A stretch of DNA of 64,000 nucleotides from Verrucomicrobiota bacterium. Its GTDB lineage: Bacteria > Verrucomicrobiota > Verrucomicrobiia > Limisphaerales > UBA9464. The stretch spans positions 4,736 through 68,735 of the forward strand of contig JAYVTS010000144.1 in assembly GCA_043788645.1 (NCBI GenBank), read 5' to 3'. This document shows, piece after piece, positions 56,116 through 64,000 of the stretch. The position numbers and the translations under genes were made by a program. The notes below the pieces were generated by a model that saw only the letters and a list, made by a program, of their open reading frames with translations, did not search any database and was not told where the DNA came from. The stretch's first letter is position 1. Each line of letters begins with the position of its first letter.

Positions 56116-56679
56116 ATGCAAGCTTGGATTGAGTCGTATTTAATCGCGCAAAAGCGGGCGGTGGATTCTCTGCAACCCGCCCAGTTAGTGAAATTGGTCG
56201 AAACCCTCAAGACCGCTCACCTCGCGGATCAGCATATTTTTGTCGTGGGCAACGGTGGCAGCGCGGCCAACGCAAGCCATTTTGCCGTCGATTTGGGCAA
56301 AGGGGCATCGGACAAATTAGGTCGCCGTTTTCGGGTCATGTCTTTGTGCGACAACACACCGTGGCTGACCGCTCTGGGTAACGACTACAGTTACGACGAA
56401 GTATTTGTACGCCAACTGCAAAATTTTGCACGACCGGGGGATGTTTTGTTGGGGGCAAGTGTGAGTGGCAATTCCCCAAACCTGGTGAAGGCGTACGAAT
56501 GGGCGCAAGCCCATGAACTCCGAACGATCGCGCTCGTCGGAGCGAAACGAGGCCGACTGGCGGAGCTTGCAGAACAGACCATTGTGGTCGGGGACACCCA
56601 TTATGGACGTGTCGAGGACGTCCAGATGCATGTTCTGCATCTTTTGTGTTATGCCTTCATGGAAGGCGCTACGGCTTGA
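56116..56679 (+). CDS. SIS domain protein, GmhA-like (sedoheptulose-7-phosphate isomerase family)
   Basis: IFVVGNGGSAANASHFAVDLGK and GASVSGNSPNL, 187 aa from ATG 56116. Confidence 0.75.
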   Translation: MQAWIESYLIAQKRAVDSLQPAQLVKLVETLKTAHLADQHIFVVGNGGSAANASHFAVDLGKGASDKLGRRFRVMSLCDNTPWLTALGNDYSYDEVFVRQLQNFARPGDVLLGASVSGNSPNLVKAYEWAQAHELRTIALVGAKRGRLAELAEQTIVVGDTHYGRVEDVQMHVLHLLCYAFMEGATA

Positions 56680-56712
56680 CCGCAGCTGGCTAGGGGCCAA
56701 TTCTTAGGTGTC

Positions 56713-57240
56713 ATGGCAGCTGCTGGTTCCAAAATGACCGTCGCGGTTGAGCCGCCGAATGCGTTCGTGAAAATCACGGGCCGGGCGGCAGTCGAGCGGG
56801 CGCGCGATTTTAAGGCCCTCGTCCTTCGGCTCTCCCAAGAGGGCGTGCATCATTTTGTCGTCGAATTGGGTGAGTGCCCGCTGATGGATAGCACGTTCTC
56901 CGGGGTTTTGGCCGGCTTGGCGGCCCCGCATTTTACGGATCAGACGACCTTGGAGGCGGAACGGTTTACGCTGGTCAATGCGAACGAACGAGTGACCGAT
57001 TTGCTGGATAATCTCGGAGTGCTTCCTTGGATCAAAAGGATCCAGGGTGATCGGGTTCTGCCGATGTCGGGCACGGATATCGAGTTGAAACTAAGCCCCT
57101 ACTCTAAAAACGAGGTCACCGCCTTTTGTCTGGAAGCCCACCGGATCCTGATGGCGTTGAAGCCCGAAAATGTCGCGAAGTTTCGCTCGGTCGAACAGTT
57201 GTTGGCGGCGGAGCTTTCAGCCTCGGGCTCGGCTCCATGA
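56713..57240 (+). CDS. STAS domain protein (anti-sigma-antagonist-like fold)
   Basis: FVKITGRAAVERARDFKALV...GVHHFVVELGECPLMDSTFSGVL...FTLVNANERVTDLLDNLGV. An AGGTG Shine-Dalgarno sits 8 nt upstream. Confidence 0.6.
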   Translation: MAAAGSKMTVAVEPPNAFVKITGRAAVERARDFKALVLRLSQEGVHHFVVELGECPLMDSTFSGVLAGLAAPHFTDQTTLEAERFTLVNANERVTDLLDNLGVLPWIKRIQGDRVLPMSGTDIELKLSPYSKNEVTAFCLEAHRILMALKPENVAKFRSVEQLLAAELSASGSAP

Positions 57241-57357
57241 CGTTCGGTAAAACGAACGGCGATGAAACGAAGCCACGCCGCGGTTCGGTGGCGGGCGGAG
57301 AAACCTTTGACAAATTTCTAGCTTTGTCGGCGGAAGAGAGCCACATTAAGCCATCGG

Positions 57358-57385
57358 AGGGGCGTCTGGACGCCCTCATTTTTTA
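57358..57385 (+). terminator. Rho-independent terminator after the STAS gene
   Basis: aggggcgtc-tg-gacgccct stem followed by cATTTTTT. Confidence 0.7.
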
Positions 57386-57628
57386 GTACGCGAGATCAAG
57401 AATCGGGTTTACGGAACGGGGCAATGATATCGAGTGGCGGTTAGTCCAAATCACTTTCAAAATGATCCTTATGCAATGGCTTTTTTCGCCACGGGCGACG
57501 TTATTCGTCGGGCTCAGATCCATTGGGCTAAGCACCGTCCTCGCGCTCTGATCGGGGCGAATAATCCGTCCCACTCAAATCTTGTCTCACCTTGAAAGCG
57601 AAGAGGAATAGCCGCCTAAGAATCGTCC

Positions 57629-59347
57629 ATGCAGGCCTCGATGAATAGCCAAAGTTCCGTTCGGCAGCGGACGGATTTCACCGCCGAACGGATGGCTCCA
57701 GAGGGGGGCGAATCGGGTGGTCTATTCGGAACCATTCGGTTGTTTTTCGCCCATGACCGGCTGGCGAACGCTCTGTGGATCCTCACCATTGTCATCGGTT
57801 TTTTTCACGGCTGGCTCAAGATCAGATTCCGGGCTAACTGGGTGACGTTTGCCTTTGATGTCCCGCTGATTTTGGCTTGGTTGGTCACCGTGATCTCCGT
57901 CAGCAAAGGTCGTTCGTTGTTTCCAAACTGCAATACGAGCCGACTGCTCATGGCTCTGACGGCGATAGGAATCGCTTACGTAGTCCTCCCTTTCGGCTTG
58001 CCGCTGGCGGTCGGCCTCGCAGCCTTTCGGGGTTGGTGTTTTATCCCCTTGGTTTTCCTGATCGGCTATCACCTCACCCGTTCGGTGAGGCAGATTGAAG
58101 TCTACATGTGGTTGTTGCTGATTTTGGCGATGATCACCTGTTTTTACGGCGTGTTCTTCCAAACGATCGAAGAAGTGATGGAACTCATGAAGAACGATCC
58201 GGAGTTTAACTTTCGCCTGAGTGGCCAATTTTATTCGGATTCAAACGGCGTTGGAACCTTCCGCCGTTTCTCAACGTTCGTCAGTTCAGCGGCCTTTGGC
58301 GGTGCGTTGGCGTATAGCATCGTCTTCGCAATTTCTCGATTGACCTTTCCGGGGTGTGGTTGGGGAGAACGGATTTTTCTCGTTTCAGCCAGCCTCTTTA
58401 TGAGCTACGGCGTTGTTTTAAGTGGCTCTCGCTCGGCCATCGTCACCTTGATGGTCGGTTTTGGTTTTACCGTCTGGTATCGACGCGGTGCCCGGAACGT
58501 CATGCTACTCCCCATCATGTTCGCGGGGATCTTTATTTATGGTGTGATCCGATTGGGCGGTGGTTCGGCAGAGAGATTTGCGACTTTGGGTAATCCGGAG
58601 ATTTTGTTGTCGCGGCTCTATATTGTGGCCGCACCCGGTATTGAAAATCTGATTCAATATCCGATGGGCGGCGGCTTGGGTCGTTCAGGGCATGGATTGC
58701 CGGTGATCATGTACACTCCGGAACTCCAAGCCATGTTGCGCGCGGTCGATGGAGATATGGGGCGATACGTCGTCGATATGGGAATTATTGGCTTAATCCT
58801 GTTCGTCCTGCTGGTGGTGGTGGGAATCACGGACGCGTTGAAATGGATGGAGCAACTTCGAAACACGATGCCCGGATTGATCGCTCTACCGGCTGGATCC
58901 ATGTTTATCCTGGGTTGCGTGCAACTTTTCTACGGCTCCCCCTTTCTCGGAATTCCAAATGGCGTGCTGCTCTGGTTCTTCATGGGGTCCTTGCGGAGGC
59001 TCGTCGAAGACTATGGCAACCTGAAAGCGGAAGCGGGCCAAGAGGCCGCGGATACAGCACCCCAGTTCGCTTCGTTCCTTGCCAAAAATCGCGTGATTCC
59101 TTTGTACCGGCAAGCCTCTCGCGGCCTACAGGGAAGGATTCGCGGGCTGACTCACCCCGGATTGGGCTTGACCGCCGTCACTCCCAAAACGGCCACGGCC
59201 CGGATCGGATCCCTCGTCCGGACTGGGCCGAAGACGACGCCCGGCGCGGTAACCCTCGATGCTCCCACCCGACCGGCGGTAGGCCCGACCAAACGATTTC
59301 TTTTCCGGCGCCCGTCCGATACACCCGACCGTCGGAAGAAGGGCTAA
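57629..59347 (+). CDS. O-antigen ligase-like (Wzy_C) polytopic membrane protein with a Pro/Arg-rich C-terminal tail
   Basis: More than 10 TM helices with the Wzy_C-type loop VLSGSRSAIVTLMVGFGF. The last ~110 aa are hydrophilic (…RRPSDTPDRRKKG). Confidence 0.65.
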   Translation: MQASMNSQSSVRQRTDFTAERMAPEGGESGGLFGTIRLFFAHDRLANALWILTIVIGFFHGWLKIRFRANWVTFAFDVPLILAWLVTVISVSKGRSLFPNCNTSRLLMALTAIGIAYVVLPFGLPLAVGLAAFRGWCFIPLVFLIGYHLTRSVRQIEVYMWLLLILAMITCFYGVFFQTIEEVMELMKNDPEFNFRLSGQFYSDSNGVGTFRRFSTFVSSAAFGGALAYSIVFAISRLTFPGCGWGERIFLVSASLFMSYGVVLSGSRSAIVTLMVGFGFTVWYRRGARNVMLLPIMFAGIFIYGVIRLGGGSAERFATLGNPEILLSRLYIVAAPGIENLIQYPMGGGLGRSGHGLPVIMYTPELQAMLRAVDGDMGRYVVDMGIIGLILFVLLVVVGITDALKWMEQLRNTMPGLIALPAGSMFILGCVQLFYGSPFLGIPNGVLLWFFMGSLRRLVEDYGNLKAEAGQEAADTAPQFASFLAKNRVIPLYRQASRGLQGRIRGLTHPGLGLTAVTPKTATARIGSLVRTGPKTTPGAVTLDAPTRPAVGPTKRFLFRRPSDTPDRRKKG

Positions 59348-59413
59348 TCCCAATTCGGGTCCAAGATGAGACGCTTTCACCGGTTCTTTTGGATGTGGGC
59401 TTCGTTGCTCACG

Positions 59414-59469
59414 CGTTACAGATCCCTTGGAGAGCCACCTCGTTCGCGCCTCGCCCGCATCAAAAATTC
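59414..59469 (+). repeat. Conserved intergenic element, copy B (CGTTACAGATCC-N17-TTCGCGCCTCGCCCGCATCAAAAATTC)
   Basis: Same two blocks as 38951..39008, lying 47-102 nt upstream of the glycosyltransferase ATG at 59516. Confidence 0.7.
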
Positions 59470-59515
59470 GCACGTCTCATCGTTTCCTCTTGGACGCGAA
59501 TTGGAATAAGTCCGC

Positions 59516-60628
59516 ATGCACGTTGCTCTCGTTGTTCACGATTTTAGTCCCAATTTCGGCCAGGGAAGATATAGTGTCGAAATTGTTCGCCGGTTGGCTT
59601 CACGTTGCTCCTTCACCATTTTCGCCAATACGTTTGGCGGGCCACCAATGAGAGGAGTGGCATTTTGCAAAATACCCGCTTTCCGAAAGCATGCGCTGAC
59701 GTCCGTTTTTAGCTTCCTTCCGTTCGCCGAAGCGGCCGTTCGCCGGGCGCGCCCGGATCTGGTCCATGCGCAGGGCATTACCTGCTGGAACGCCGATATC
59801 ATCACGGCCCATATGTGTCACGCCGCAAAAGCAAAGGCTTACTCGAAATCCGATTCGCGAGCCCGCTGGTTCATGCGAGTGATTATCCCCTTGGAGCGGG
59901 CCTACTATCGCCAGCGGCGGGCACGGCATGTCATTGCCATTTCACGGGTTTTCGAACGTGAGATACAGATGGAATACGGCTGGAAAAAACCGTCCACGGT
60001 CATCTACCACGGAACCGATACGGAGGTGTTCCGACCTGCGCTCGACCCACGGGAACGTTTGGAACTGCGGCGCCGCTTCCAAGTTTCTGAATCCGCTTGG
60101 TGTTGGTTGTTCATGGGCGAGGCGATTAAAGGACTCCGGCAGTCCATCACCGCCCTCAAGGCCAATCCGGGGGCGCGTTTGCTGGTGGTGTCCCGGTCGG
60201 ATCTGACGCACTATCGGCGCCAGGCCGAGGAGGATGGAGTCGCGGATCGGGTGATCTTTCACGGTTTTGAACCCCGCCCAGAAGAGGCTTTCCGGGCCGC
60301 GGATGTTTTTATTTATCCGAGTGATTATGATCCGTTTGGTATGGTTGCCACGGAAGCCATGGCGACCGGTCTGCCGGTGATTCTAGGTAAGGAAATTGGA
60401 GCGGCTGAACTCGTACAGCATGGCCGCAATGGGTTTCTTTGCGATCCCGGCGAGGATGCGTCGATCCAACAGGCTCTAAAAACCATCTCCGGCAATCCTG
60501 CAGCCGCACGGGAGCTGGGGCGACAAGGCCGTCAAACCATCGGAGGAATCAGTTGGGATCATTGCGCGGATCAAACCTTTGCGGTTTATGAAAAAGTTTA
60601 CGCGGAATTAGCCGCCCGCGCCCGATGA
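59516..60628 (+). CDS. Glycosyltransferase family 4 (GT-B)
   Basis: MHVALVVHDFSPNFGQGRY and the E-x7-E region FIYPSDYDPFGMVATEAMATGLPVI. Confidence 0.85.
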   Translation: MHVALVVHDFSPNFGQGRYSVEIVRRLASRCSFTIFANTFGGPPMRGVAFCKIPAFRKHALTSVFSFLPFAEAAVRRARPDLVHAQGITCWNADIITAHMCHAAKAKAYSKSDSRARWFMRVIIPLERAYYRQRRARHVIAISRVFEREIQMEYGWKKPSTVIYHGTDTEVFRPALDPRERLELRRRFQVSESAWCWLFMGEAIKGLRQSITALKANPGARLLVVSRSDLTHYRRQAEEDGVADRVIFHGFEPRPEEAFRAADVFIYPSDYDPFGMVATEAMATGLPVILGKEIGAAELVQHGRNGFLCDPGEDASIQQALKTISGNPAAARELGRQGRQTIGGISWDHCADQTFAVYEKVYAELAARAR

Positions 60629-61725
60629 GTCCGCCACGGGTTACGTTTTTGGTCAATGCAGGACCCAACAGTATCGAGGCAGTTCGCGCGCGTGGCTTGA
60701 CGCTTTCCTATCCGGCGGGCCGAATCCAATTCTTATTTCGGGAAGGATCACGAGTCTCAACCCTTCGACGTTGGCATCGGGAACTTCGGAGCGGCCGACC
60801 GGACCTCCTCTATGTTCTTAATACGGCTTTACCGGGAGTACCGCTCGCCGTTTGGTGGCGTCGGGTTCATGGACTCCCTTATCTTCTCGATACCGGCGAT
60901 GCGATTGTCGAGATGGCGCGGCGATCAGGGATCGGGGCCGGCTGGCGGCTTCCGCTGTTGCGCTGGATCGAGGGCGCGGGGCAACGCGATGCGACGACCG
61001 TTGTCGTCCGGGGTTCCCGACATCGCGAATACCTCCTTCAGTCGGGACTGAGGCGCGTCGAATTAATCCGCGATGGTTATGCCGAGCAAACGACCGTTCA
61101 GCCGGAGGCCGTTTCGGCATTGCGTAGCCGCTTAGGACTGACCGGCCGGTTCGTGGCGGGCCTATTGGGTTCGTTGGTTTTTAGCCCTCGATTCGGTATT
61201 TGTTACGGGTGGGATCTCGTGGCGGCGTTGGGCGAACTTCGGGACCTTCCGATTACCGTTTTAATTATTGGAGACGGCAACGGGTTGGACTGGCTCCGGG
61301 GTGAGGTGCAACGATTGGGCGTCGCTGATCAGGTGCGTTTTACCGGACGAATTCCCTATATTGAAGTGCCGACTTATTTACGACTCATGGATGTCGCACT
61401 GTCGACCCAAACGAACAACCTCCCGGGCCAAGTGCGGACGACGGGCAAGCTTCCGGAATATATGGCAGCCGAACGTTTTATCTTGGCGAGTCGCGTCGGC
61501 GAAGCGGCCCTCGTCCTTCCGGAAATAATGCTTTTGGACTACGAGGGCGAAGTGGATCGGTCCTATCCGTCGCGATTGGCCGCGCGAATTCGGCATTTGT
61601 ACGCCCACCCGATCGAATTAGAAATTCGGCGTACCCTTCCTGCGAAGGCGGCGGCGCTGTGTGCTTATAGCGTGTTGGCTCAACGCTTTCGTGAAGTGGT
61701 CGCGGCGGCCGCGACCCAAAAGTGA
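60625..61725 (+). CDS. Glycosyltransferase (GT-B fold, GT4-like)
   Basis: ATGA overlap with the upstream gene. Two Rossmann-like halves, with VRFTGRIPYIEVPTYLRLMDVAL and GKLPEYMAAERFIL. Confidence 0.65.
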   Translation: MSPPRVTFLVNAGPNSIEAVRARGLTLSYPAGRIQFLFREGSRVSTLRRWHRELRSGRPDLLYVLNTALPGVPLAVWWRRVHGLPYLLDTGDAIVEMARRSGIGAGWRLPLLRWIEGAGQRDATTVVVRGSRHREYLLQSGLRRVELIRDGYAEQTTVQPEAVSALRSRLGLTGRFVAGLLGSLVFSPRFGICYGWDLVAALGELRDLPITVLIIGDGNGLDWLRGEVQRLGVADQVRFTGRIPYIEVPTYLRLMDVALSTQTNNLPGQVRTTGKLPEYMAAERFILASRVGEAALVLPEIMLLDYEGEVDRSYPSRLAARIRHLYAHPIELEIRRTLPAKAAALCAYSVLAQRFREVVAAAATQK

Positions 61726-61731
61726 AGCTTT

Positions 61732-61867
61732 GAACCACGGATGAACACGGATACACGCGGATGGGAACCTAAAAATGGGCGAAAACATTCATCAGCCAAT
61801 CGTGAGATTAATGCACTACCAGAGGCCTCATTTCTGATCCGCGTTCATCGGCGTTCATCCGCGGTTC
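61732..61867. repeat. Long-loop copy of the GAACC(A/G)CGGATG ... CATCCGCGGTTC inverted-repeat element
   Basis: gaaccacggatgaacacggatacacgcggatggg ...~70 nt... tgatccgcgttcatcggcgttcatccgcggttc. Confidence 0.85.
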
Positions 61868-61889
61868 TTCGCCTTGGATTGGCGAAAGA

Positions 61890-61918
61890 GCGTCCTTCCG
61901 AAGGGTTCGGAAGGACGC
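61890..61918. terminator. Perfect 13-bp hairpin between convergent genes (candidate bidirectional terminator)
   Basis: gcgtccttccgaa-ggg-ttcggaaggacgc. The flanks are only weakly T-rich, so terminator function is inferred from position. Confidence 0.5.
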
Positions 61919-61937
61919 GTTGGAATTTGAACCCCGC

Positions 61938-63293
61938 TCAGACGATCCGCTTGCGCCATTCGCTATTGCCCGGAATGGCTACCGCATAACGGCCGTCGGC
62001 GTCCGGGAGGCTTTTAGGAGTAGAACTAAACTTCAAATGATCGTAGTCTTCTGGCGACAAGACCACTTTGGAATTAAGCGCCTCATCCCAAGTGACTTCG
62101 GTGCCGGAATACGTTGCCATACGACCGAGAAGTGCGGTCATGGTTGATTTGGCACCGTTGAATGCCTCGTTATATTCTGTATTATTGCGAATGGCCGCGA
62201 AGAGATCGTTGTGCTCTTGCTGGTAAGGATCGACTTGGTTTTCGCCGTGGAATTTCCACGGATCCCCACCGTTCGCTCGGATGGTGAACGCGCTGACGTC
62301 CGCCGAACCCTTGGACCCCTGAACGTGTTCGCTGACTGAACTCCAGGCGCCCCGGATATGCCGACATTGGCTAAACATCCAGGAGCCATCGGCGAATTGA
62401 TACTCGACGGCGTGATGATCAAAAATCTCGCCAAAGTCCTTGCCGGTCCGCACTTGGCGGCCGCCCATGCCGCGGGCGCGAACGGGGTAAGCATTCTTGA
62501 TCCAGCACCCCACATCGAGGTTATGAATGTGCTGTTCATTAATGTGATCTCCGCAAAGCCAGTTGAAATAGTACCAATTCTTGAGTTGATACTCCAGCTC
62601 CGTCGGCTCATGCCCGAGCATTTTGGCAACTTCTACTCGCGAAAAGTTCCAAACTCCGCCGTCGTTCCAGTAGACGCGCACCGAATGTAAGTCGCCAATG
62701 GCGCCATCGTGCAGGCGCTTGATGGTTTCAAGGTACCCGGCCTGGTGATGGCGTTGGAGTCCTACGCCAACCTTGAGGTTTTTTTTCTTGGCTGCTTCCG
62801 CGGCCGCCAGAACGCGACGGACTCCCGCGGCATCGGTGGCCACGGGTTTTTCCATGAAGATGTTTTTCCCTTGCCGAACCGCCTCTTCAAAATGCAGGGG
62901 ACGAAAACCCGGCGGAGTGGCGAGGATGACCACGTCGGCAAGGGCAATGGCTTGTTTGTAACCGTCCAACCCCAAGAATTGGCGCTCGGCCGGGACATCG
63001 ACTTTTGCGCCGTGCTCCGTTTTGAGGTTGGCGAGGGAGGAATTGAGTCGATCAGGAAACGCATCGGCGACGGCGACTAACCGGGTGCCTGGGACATTGA
63101 GGGCCTGATTGGCAGCGCCCGACCCGCGTCCGCCGCAGCCGACGAGGGCGAGTTTGAGTTCGCTGCTGCCTTGGCCATAGGCCATTCGTTCAATGGCAAG
63201 GGTACTAATCGCGGCCGCGCCAATGAGCGTGCCGGAGGAGGAGAGAAAGCCGCGACGGGTGACACCGGCGGCCGGGGTGATAATCTGGCTCAT
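61938..63293 (-). CDS. Gfo/Idh/MocA family oxidoreductase with Tat signal
   Basis: Tat leader TRRGFLSSSGTLIGAAAIS, Rossmann motif LALVGCGGRGSGAA, and EKPVATD. Confidence 0.85.
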   Translation of the reverse strand: MSQIITPAAGVTRRGFLSSSGTLIGAAAISTLAIERMAYGQGSSELKLALVGCGGRGSGAANQALNVPGTRLVAVADAFPDRLNSSLANLKTEHGAKVDVPAERQFLGLDGYKQAIALADVVILATPPGFRPLHFEEAVRQGKNIFMEKPVATDAAGVRRVLAAAEAAKKKNLKVGVGLQRHHQAGYLETIKRLHDGAIGDLHSVRVYWNDGGVWNFSRVEVAKMLGHEPTELEYQLKNWYYFNWLCGDHINEQHIHNLDVGCWIKNAYPVRARGMGGRQVRTGKDFGEIFDHHAVEYQFADGSWMFSQCRHIRGAWSSVSEHVQGSKGSADVSAFTIRANGGDPWKFHGENQVDPYQQEHNDLFAAIRNNTEYNEAFNGAKSTMTALLGRMATYSGTEVTWDEALNSKVVLSPEDYDHLKFSSTPKSLPDADGRYAVAIPGNSEWRKRIV

Positions 63294-63433
63294 GTGCTGT
63301 AACTAATACTGTTGGCCGGAACCGACGCACCAAACGGCGCGGCGATTCAGGCGGATTTCCAAGGAGACTTCCCTCAGGCTACCCAGCTGCCGGGTGGGAA
63401 CAACTGAAACTTCAGTCGATTCTTCTTCGGCGA

Positions 63434-64000
63434 TTAATCGAGCTGCTGGGTGGGACCTTCGATTGGAACGGTGGGTTGCGAAGGTTTCCGCACCGGGAGC
63501 CACCGAGAGAGGTCGGCTGGATGACCTTCAAACCGCGACCACAGCGGTCGCACTCGATAAAAGACAGCACCTTGTTTTCGCGCCGTACTCTGCCATCCCA
63601 GCCAACCGGGGCGGGCTAGATCGACTTCAATGGATTCCCAATGGATCAGGTCGAGGGACCCTTCTATCCGATAGAGTTGACCGGCGGGAATATTGAGATC
63701 ACAGCCAAAACGGCCACCGGCAATTCGTTCACCTGAGAGAGTCGGCAGGGTCTGAGTGAGGATTTCACAATGAAAACCACCCGCAGCGAGGGCGACCACA
63801 TTGGTCAGGCCGAGCGGAATCAAGGTTTGGCCAGCCGCATTGTCTCCCCACACGACGAGGGTGCCATTTTGGCGTAGCGCACACGCATGATAGTTTCCGG
63901 CCGCAATGGCCACGACCTGACCAGCGGCCGTCGGCACGTCTAGCTGATGAAAATCATTGTTTCCCCAAGCCCGTACGGTCCCGTCTGGCTTGAGTGCAAG
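63434..64000 (-). CDS. RCC1-repeat (beta-propeller) protein, 3' part; the 5' end lies beyond the window
   Basis: Repeats DGTVRAWGNNDFHQLDVP, VVAIAAGNYHACALRQNGTLVVWGDNAAGQ and VVALAAGGFHCEIL. The frame is open to nt 64000. Confidence 0.75.
   Translation of the reverse strand, partial: LALKPDGTVRAWGNNDFHQLDVPTAAGQVVAIAAGNYHACALRQNGTLVVWGDNAAGQTLIPLGLTNVVALAAGGFHCEILTQTLPTLSGERIAGGRFGCDLNIPAGQLYRIEGSLDLIHWESIEVDLARPGWLGWQSTARKQGAVFYRVRPLWSRFEGHPADLSRWLPVRKPSQPTVPIEGPTQQLD

Overview
This is a 64-kb chromosomal window from a G+C-rich PVC-type bacterium, most likely a verrucomicrobium. Lineage markers are a DUF1559/H-X9-DG prepilin-like protein, a VPDSG-type PEP-CTERM tail, a GxxExxY protein and a fused SecDF. 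Most of the window is ordinary housekeeping and envelope DNA. In order it carries: a 5'-truncated cytochrome c domain with an FGE-like (NirV-like) gene, SCO1, and a convergently oriented DUF2249-Crp/Fnr operon that has a candidate FNR-type box upstream of it; prpBCD (methylcitrate cycle); a DUF2339/DUF3999 membrane pair; uppP, mnmE, purC, DUF2959, secDF-yajC, murJ; a PhoD phosphatase, tRNA-Tyr, xerC-like, kdsD; RDD, PIG-L, SGNH and beta-CASP MBL genes; NlpC/P60, rsmE, tsaC/sua5, fmt, mutT, ugd, aroK, an alkA-like gene; a YncE/phosphoesterase fusion; a VPDSG-CTERM protein next to a second PhoD; prolyl oligopeptidase; and a surface-glycan cluster (SIS, STAS, O-antigen-ligase-like, two glycosyltransferases). 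I found no recognisable defence system, CRISPR array, intact mobile element or rRNA. Six things do not look ordinary. (1) A roughly 600-bp ORF-free A+T-rich island at 13.9-14.5 kb is packed with a TTTATATTGACA-like word and contains a 13-bp triple tandem repeat. (2) The DUF3999 gene keeps reading sensibly through two in-frame stop codons. (3) A structured inverted-repeat element occurs four times, twice inside a 225-bp tandem duplication. (4) A conserved ~60-nt element lies upstream of two unrelated genes. (5) About 750 bp upstream of yajC is hairpin-dense and has no convincing ORF. (6) There are several decayed gene remnants: a 5'-truncated MBL hydrolase, a split TPR gene, a DUF4338/DruA-like N-terminus and a nucleotidyltransferase-like scar. 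All family calls come from reading the translated ORFs against remembered family motifs; no database search was run.
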